In this document: in pieces, positions 58,261 through 64,000 of the stretch
How positions within the stretch are numbered: the stretch's first letter is position 1
How the letters are laid out: every line of letters starts with the position of its first letter
Source: Raillietiella orientalis
Lineage: Eukaryota
Assembly: GCA_036172245.1 (NCBI GenBank)
Contig: JAYWIR010000011.1
Span: forward strand, 4,340,001 to 4,404,000
Direction: 5' to 3'
DNA length: 64,000 nucleotides
Position numbers and translations under genes: made by a program
Notes under the pieces: model-generated
The model's database searches: none
What the model saw: the letters and a program-made list of their open reading frames with translations, nothing else
Told to the model about the DNA's origin: nothing

Positions 58261-60309
58261 TGGCGTGGAGACGGCGTCGAAGAGCTTCGTGACCTCCGCC
58301 CCAAGGAGGCGGACGGTTCTTCAGCACCTCCTGAGAACCAGGAAGGAAAAAAAAAGCTGGAAGGAAAAGCAGCGAAAGTGGAGGAACCTCAAAGGATTTC
58401 CACAGCTGGAGTTCCGCGTCCTGCCACTCCCTTCCGCAAGAGGGAGCGTGAAAAATGGCGACCGCGTCCCTTGTTCGCGGACGGTTCACCTGTCCCTCGT
58501 CCGTGCAAGAGGAACGGCAAGAGCAAAAGCGGCGTCGCCATCGAAATCTCGCCCGCGAGGCGCAAGAAGCCACCGAGTGGCACTGCGTACTCACCTCTGC
58601 CCTCGACAGGGCCGCGCGCGTGTGCGCGCGAGCCGGTCCAACGGTGCCTTGGAGACGGCCCTGGCACCCGTCCCGGGGAAACGGTCCCGTCAAAGAGCAC
58701 GCGCACCAGACGTGCATTCCCCGGAAAACTTCGACGTGTGACGGGGGGAGCTCGGAGCGCCGGGCAAAAGCGCGGCGTCCTTCGGGAGCTCGGGAGTCCC
58801 TCTGTCTGGACGGTTCCGAACGAGCACACCGGCGAAGACTCGGCTCTTTCCGCCGTCGCCGCCGCCATTAGGACGGAAAACAGCGACAAGGAGGGGACCA
58901 TCCTTTCTCCGACGGTCGCGTGCTCGGCTCGAACGTGGCGTGGGGAAACGCGCAGGAGGCAAGACCTCTCCCTTCGCCCTCCGCCTTCCCGCCTCCTCCA
59001 CGGTGCGCTTTGGGGTTCTTCCTTCGGAGGCGCTCTCGTTTCTCGGGGCATATCGCGAACTTGACCTCCTCGGGGCTCGTCTCGCGGCACGTGCAGGTGT
59101 TTCCGACCGAGGTGGGAGCCTTCTGTGAGCTCTCTCAATACACGGAAAGAACAAAAGCATCGAAACACGCGCGCACGTATGCGAGCGCACTCAGCTTTTT
59201 TGGCGGTTCGCGGGAATCTCGCCCGTGACCTCCTGCCAGAAGACAGTTTCACGGAAGCGCGGGCGGGCCGTTCCTGAAAGGTGGGCGCCTCGCTTCCCAC
59301 GTGCTGCTGCTGCCGGACCCAAGTGGCTCGGACGGCTGCCTTGAGGGAGGGAGGCGCGCGTGCGCGCGCGCCGCCAAGTCGGGCGCTCTCGACCGCCGAG
59401 GGGGCTACTCGCGTCCCGGGAGAAGACGCCGGGAGCGAAAGCTGCGCTCGCCTCGAAGCAGGCTCCGGCTGCCAGGAAAATGGAGCTTGTTTAGGGAGCA
59501 CGCTCCCCCCGCAATTCGCGTTCGCTCGGGAGCGGCTGGCCCCGAAATAGCCCCGCTCACGCCCGAACGGTGCACCGGAGTCCCGGAGAGACGATCCGTG
59601 CGCGAATTCCCGCTCCCGTTCCTGCTTTAGGGCTTGTGGAGAATTCCCGGCATCTTCCCAGGGCGAGCACACTCCACAACTCCAGCCGGATTCCCTTGCG
59701 GTTGCCTGCAGCGTCCCGTCCGCTCGGAGGCTCCTGTCTGTCTCTACGCTCCCCGCCCCAACCCCTCCCTGCCTGCAAAATGGGCCTGCCCTCGTGCAAG
59801 CATCGTCGACGATTCCAGGACAGCATCCCTGCAGGCACATGTACTTCCGGGAACCGATGGGGCTCTCCAGGGAAAAAAGCAACTTCACGTTCCTGGAAGG
59901 TGGAATCGGGCTTCGACCGGGAGCGCCCTGCGCACCCCTCCGTGCTCGCGCCTTCCCTGTGGAGCACACCGAGGGTTCGAGTTCTTCCAGCTCCGCTCCG
60001 CCCCCGCAAGTCAGATCTACCCCCTACAACTCGAAGAGTCATAAGGGGTAACCCTGACTTGGGACTCCCTTGGCACCCCCTACATCTCTTGGAGTTATAA
60101 TGGATACCACCCTATGAATCCAGGAAGGGCTCGGGAGGAAGCAGCCCGTTCCTCTCAAACTTGGGAGTGCCATCCGGTCACGCCGGGGCGTTTATTGCTA
60201 AACACTGTACATTCGTGGTACGAGACCCCACTACGGCCAATTCATCTCGGGACCTGCCGGGTCGCCGGTACGCAGACCGGCGCGACTCTCCTCGGCAGCG
60301 GAGAGGGAT

Positions 60310-60850
60310 GGGGGAAAAAACAAATAGAAAAATAAAAGGAAACAAAAAAAAAGAAACACTTTGGAGGGCCGGGAAGGGATCATAGTGCGCTGTTGGGAGC
60401 GTCCATCCTTTGCAGGATGCCGTCGAGGTCCCTCTGCATACTTCCCAGACGGGGCCATCCGATCGCGATTCGCAGGTGGCGACCCGCGTGTACGATGGCG
60501 TCCTTATCGCTGCTTCCTCTGTTGGCTGCGCTCCACGCAGCCGCAATCCCTCGGAGGCAGCAAAGTGCTGCCAGGGCTGAGGCTGGTTGCAGGGCGTCCC
60601 GCACGAAGAGGAGAAGTACAACGTCTCTGGGGGGCTGCCGACCGGGATCCGGAGGGTCGTCGCAGAACGTTCCCACAAGGGCCGGAGGGCAGTGCAGTCC
60701 ACTAACAGGTGGGGGAGGGATTCCTTTCCCCGCACACTGCACAGTTCTGTCTCACCTTCCCCAACGTTGCACGTTGCAGGGGAGACCCCAGTGCAACATC
60801 AGGAGCGCCGACTCCTGTCACTTGAGGGGAAGGGTTGACGAGTCTGTAAA
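60310..60850 (-). mobile_element. 3' end of an L1/Tx1-like LINE (zinc-binding C-terminus plus T-rich tail)
   Basis: KESLPHLLVDCTALRPLWE (E...HLL..C.....W motif), then LLFVRDAL..ALCCLRGIAAAW..LDGILQRM, then a T-rich tail. Confidence 0.68.
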
Positions 60851-61499
60851 CACCGAGCCCCCGAGAGCGCCCTGCTCGCCGAGGGGACCAGGTTGCCGGA
60901 GAGCACTTCCTCTTCGCCGACGGGCCGTCGACTCAGAGGGTTATGTGCTGTCGTCCTCCCCGGTCTCCGTCGACTCTGTGTTGATGTCCGCGCTCGCGGT
61001 GCACGCGGTCCCTGCAACGGGGGCGGTCCTCAGGGACGCTCTTCTGTGGCGAGATCGAAGCGGATGACCTTTTCGTCATCACCTCCTTCAACGGGGCGGA
61101 CCGGGACAGCCTGATCGTGACCTTCCACGACGTCCTTCTTGACGAAGAGGCTACCTTCGACGCCGACATGACCTTCTCCGGAGACCTGCTTCGTCCACGA
61201 ACGCGCCGGCATAGAGCGTCGCGGTAGGGCATCGCCAAAGGGGCGCTGCTCATCTCTGGGTCCTGAACGACCTTGCAGGATCCCCTCGCTCGCTCTCCTC
61301 ATTTCACGCGCTCGAATGCGACCTTCAGCTTGACCTTGCACTCGGCACGAAGGGAGTGTTCCGTGGGCTGTTGCTGCCACCTCGCGCGAACCGTTCGCAC
61401 TCCCGGATGGCTGGGGTGCGTCTCCCGTTTCTGCGGATGGAGGCACGGCGAGGAAGGAAGGGAACAACCAGGTCCTTCCTCCATCGGCTCCTAGCAAGG

Positions 61500-62810
61500 T
61501 GCAGAGGTGAAGAATCTTCCGACCAGCTCGTGTCATCTGGTCACCAAGAGAAACGGAGAGCGCAGAGTCCAGGAGGTGGCCGCCGGTCCTTCTGCCGCGC
61601 GCGAGGAGGTCCCGCAGCAGATACGCGCGGGGGGGGGAGGAGAGGATGTCCTCCACGTGCGGAAGGCCGAATTCCGGACGCGTTCGTCGCGATGAAGGGA
61701 GCCGCGGTCCAGCAGCAGGCGCGGAAGAGGGAGAGCGGGACGAGAGGAAACCTCCGCAGTCAGGCGCAAAGGGACACCCAATCGAAGGTACGTCGCGCGG
61801 AAGACGCAGAGGACGGACGGACGGCGCCCGTTTGTGCGCGGCTGCCCGTGCACTTCGGAGGGGTTCGCCAAGTCTTCCAAGAAACCGTTCGCACGTGGGC
61901 CAAGAACAAGGAGCGAGCCCGGAGATGTGGCAGCGACTACTGCACTCCTCCTACAACAACCGCTCGCTGCAGGACGCCATCGTGCAGTCCACCACGCGTG
62001 CGTGGGCACAAAGAACCTCCCCAACCGCGGCAGTGCCCTCCCTCAGGGAGCACTTGGGCAGTAACCAGCTGGCCAAACGGGAGGTGAGTTGCGAAATCAT
62101 TTAGAAGACAAGGGAGCTGGGTGGTTGGACCACGGGCCAGCTCACGGACGCTGCGACACGAACTGCCCCACCGAAGGGACTATTGCGCTGGGGTGAGCTG
62201 CTGGAAGTCCCACAGGAAGACCTCCTCGAGTGGTCACCAGCGCTGAAGAACAACCGGGCTCCCCCTGAAGTGTCAGGAGTCGGCAATCCTTCTGCAGTAC
62301 TATGGTATCCCGTGCAACTCCCGCCGGTCTTATGGATCCAGGGACTGTGGGTCCCAACTGCCGGTGCGGGGAACGGAAATCCCAGCTCCTGCACCTGCTC
62401 GCAGACTGAGCTTGCTGTGCCCCCCGGCCCCTGTGATTGCCTTAAGCAATGGCCCTTGGTGCATGGACGGACAATTCCAGGGACGTAATAAAGCGCCTCT
62501 TCGTGCGCGAAGCCCTTTCGCCTGCCGTCCCCCTAGCAGTTCTTTGCTGCCTACGAGGGATTGTGGCGGCCTGGAACTACGCGAGAGGAGGAGGACGGCG
62601 CGACAGGGACATCATCTGCTTCTCCCTGCGCTTCCTGCGGACGGCAACAAGATGATGGCCCCACCTGGGGCATACTCGGGTGGAACTTGCCGGCATCCTG
62701 GAAAGAATGCAGAGGACGTCCTCCAGAGGAAAGTGATCCCTACCCTAACCTCCCAGAGTTTTCTTTTTATTGTCTTTTATTTTTATTTTTTACTTTCGTT
62801 TTCTCCACTG
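61500..62810 (+). mobile_element. 5'-truncated, frameshifted L1/Tx1-like LINE
   Basis: LPVHFGGVRQVFQETVRTW, PNCRCGERKSQLLHLLAD, LFVREAL..AVLCCLRGIVAAWNY..LAGILERMQ, ending in a T-rich tail at 62759-62803. Homologous to 60310-60850 in the opposite orientation. Confidence 0.62.
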
Positions 62811-64000
62811 CTGCCGAGGCGAACCTCATCGGCCTGAGCGCCGGTTACTCGACAAGTTCCGAACGTTTTCGGACGATTTTACACCTGTTTAACCCTGTCG
62901 TAACCGGGTGTTAAACCAAATCTTCCAGAGGACTTCCGGAAGAATACGCTGTCCGGTGGAGCAGTGCTTTAGGACTGGAACATCTTGACTGCGAGAGCTG
63001 AAGAGCATCGGACGTGAGAGGCGTTCTTGCTGAGGAGCAGCCGTTTTTTTGAGAAAAAGAAAGAAAGAAAGAAAAGAAACCCTCGCTTCAAAGGCTCTTT
63101 CCTGATCCTCCCTGCGAAATGGAGCGCTCCGAATAGAAGGTGGGAGATCCAAACTCAGCAGGGCTCCCGCGGTCACCAGAGCAGCCTCTCACACAAGGGA
63201 GCTGCCGCTCCTTGCGTCGGCAACAGCGTCATCCGCTCCGGCGCGAGCTCGGAGCCGGAAGAGGCTGAGACGAAGCAGACGCCTTCCTGATTTTTTTTTT
63301 TTCGGCGCGCTTTCCTTCTTTCTTCGGGGCCCGGGTGTTTTCGATCCTCCGGGGTGACGCCTTCGTACTTCCCCCGTTGGGGCGGACAGGCTGCAGGTCC
63401 CGTGGTGCTCACGGGACGCACTCGATGCCCCGACCCCCGGGAGTCGGTCCCCCAGCGATTGGAGCGCCGCCCCGATCCCCCCCCCCTTCCTCCCGATTAG
63501 TACAGTGTCCCGGAGGTTCTCATGCGAGCCGCACTTCCTTCGCCTCGCTCTGGACCGGCGCGCCCGTCCGGGTGCACGCGCCGCGGTTCCCGCGATTCAC
63601 CGTCGCCAAGGAAACCAGCACGTGAGGTTCCTGAAAGGCGCGGACGTCGACGAGGAGCCACCAGAAACTCCAAGAGCATATCCTCTGCTCCCGACGTGCG
63701 GAGGCAGTGGCATCGACGCAGGAGCAGCCGGAACAAGACGAAGAAATCCATCCCTGGTGATCTGTGCACCCCAGCCCCCTCCTCCCACCATCCTCAACCC
63801 CTTAATGCCTCAGGAGAGCCATGGCAAGGGGGAACCAGAGGAAGGCGCGCCCTGCGCTGGACCACATCGGAGGTCAGACCAGCTGCTGACCAGTGGGAAG
63901 CGTTTGGGGCTGGTGCCGGTCAGAGATCGGCCTACTCTTCGCGGCTCCGCATGTTACCCATGAGAGCCCCGATCACCAGGAATGAATGTGTGGGGCTGGC

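Noticed and set aside
58389..59969. 526-aa minus-strand ORF (also 36817-38070, 46138-47253, 25254-26360, 31376-32434)
   Set aside because: No recognisable domain, low-complexity or repeat-derived composition, mostly non-ATG starts.
61370..61440. THPSHPGVRTVRARW resembling an integrase HHCC start
   Set aside because: The match is too short, and no downstream CxxC or DDE motifs are present.
63490..63790. Possible Tx1 ORF1 remnant
   Set aside because: Only a vague resemblance across several frameshifts; it cannot be supported without a profile search.

Overview
Eukaryotic (animal, probably arthropod-like invertebrate) genomic DNA, mostly GC/CpG-rich, with very short GT-AG introns (about 45-60 nt) in housekeeping genes. 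Four protein genes are supported. (1) A compact, divergent IQGAP on + (about 1.2-7.7 kb). (2) An intronless secreted Thr/Cys protein on - (8791-9678) whose Gly/Trp-rich core lies between two furin-type sites. (3) A trypsin-like serine protease on - (five exons found, 22285-27362; 5' exon not located). (4) The ceramide transfer protein CERT on + (52637-54414), in an AT-rich, CpG-poor island. The rest is heavily decayed L1/Tx1-like LINE fragments, a tRNA-headed SINE-like family with recurring CTTCGG motifs (at least 6 copies), polypurine tracts, a long inverted repeat and small tandem arrays. Most long ORFs in the track are GC-rich or low-complexity artefacts. No prokaryotic, CRISPR or rRNA features were seen. 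All family assignments come from motifs recognised by eye, not from database searches.
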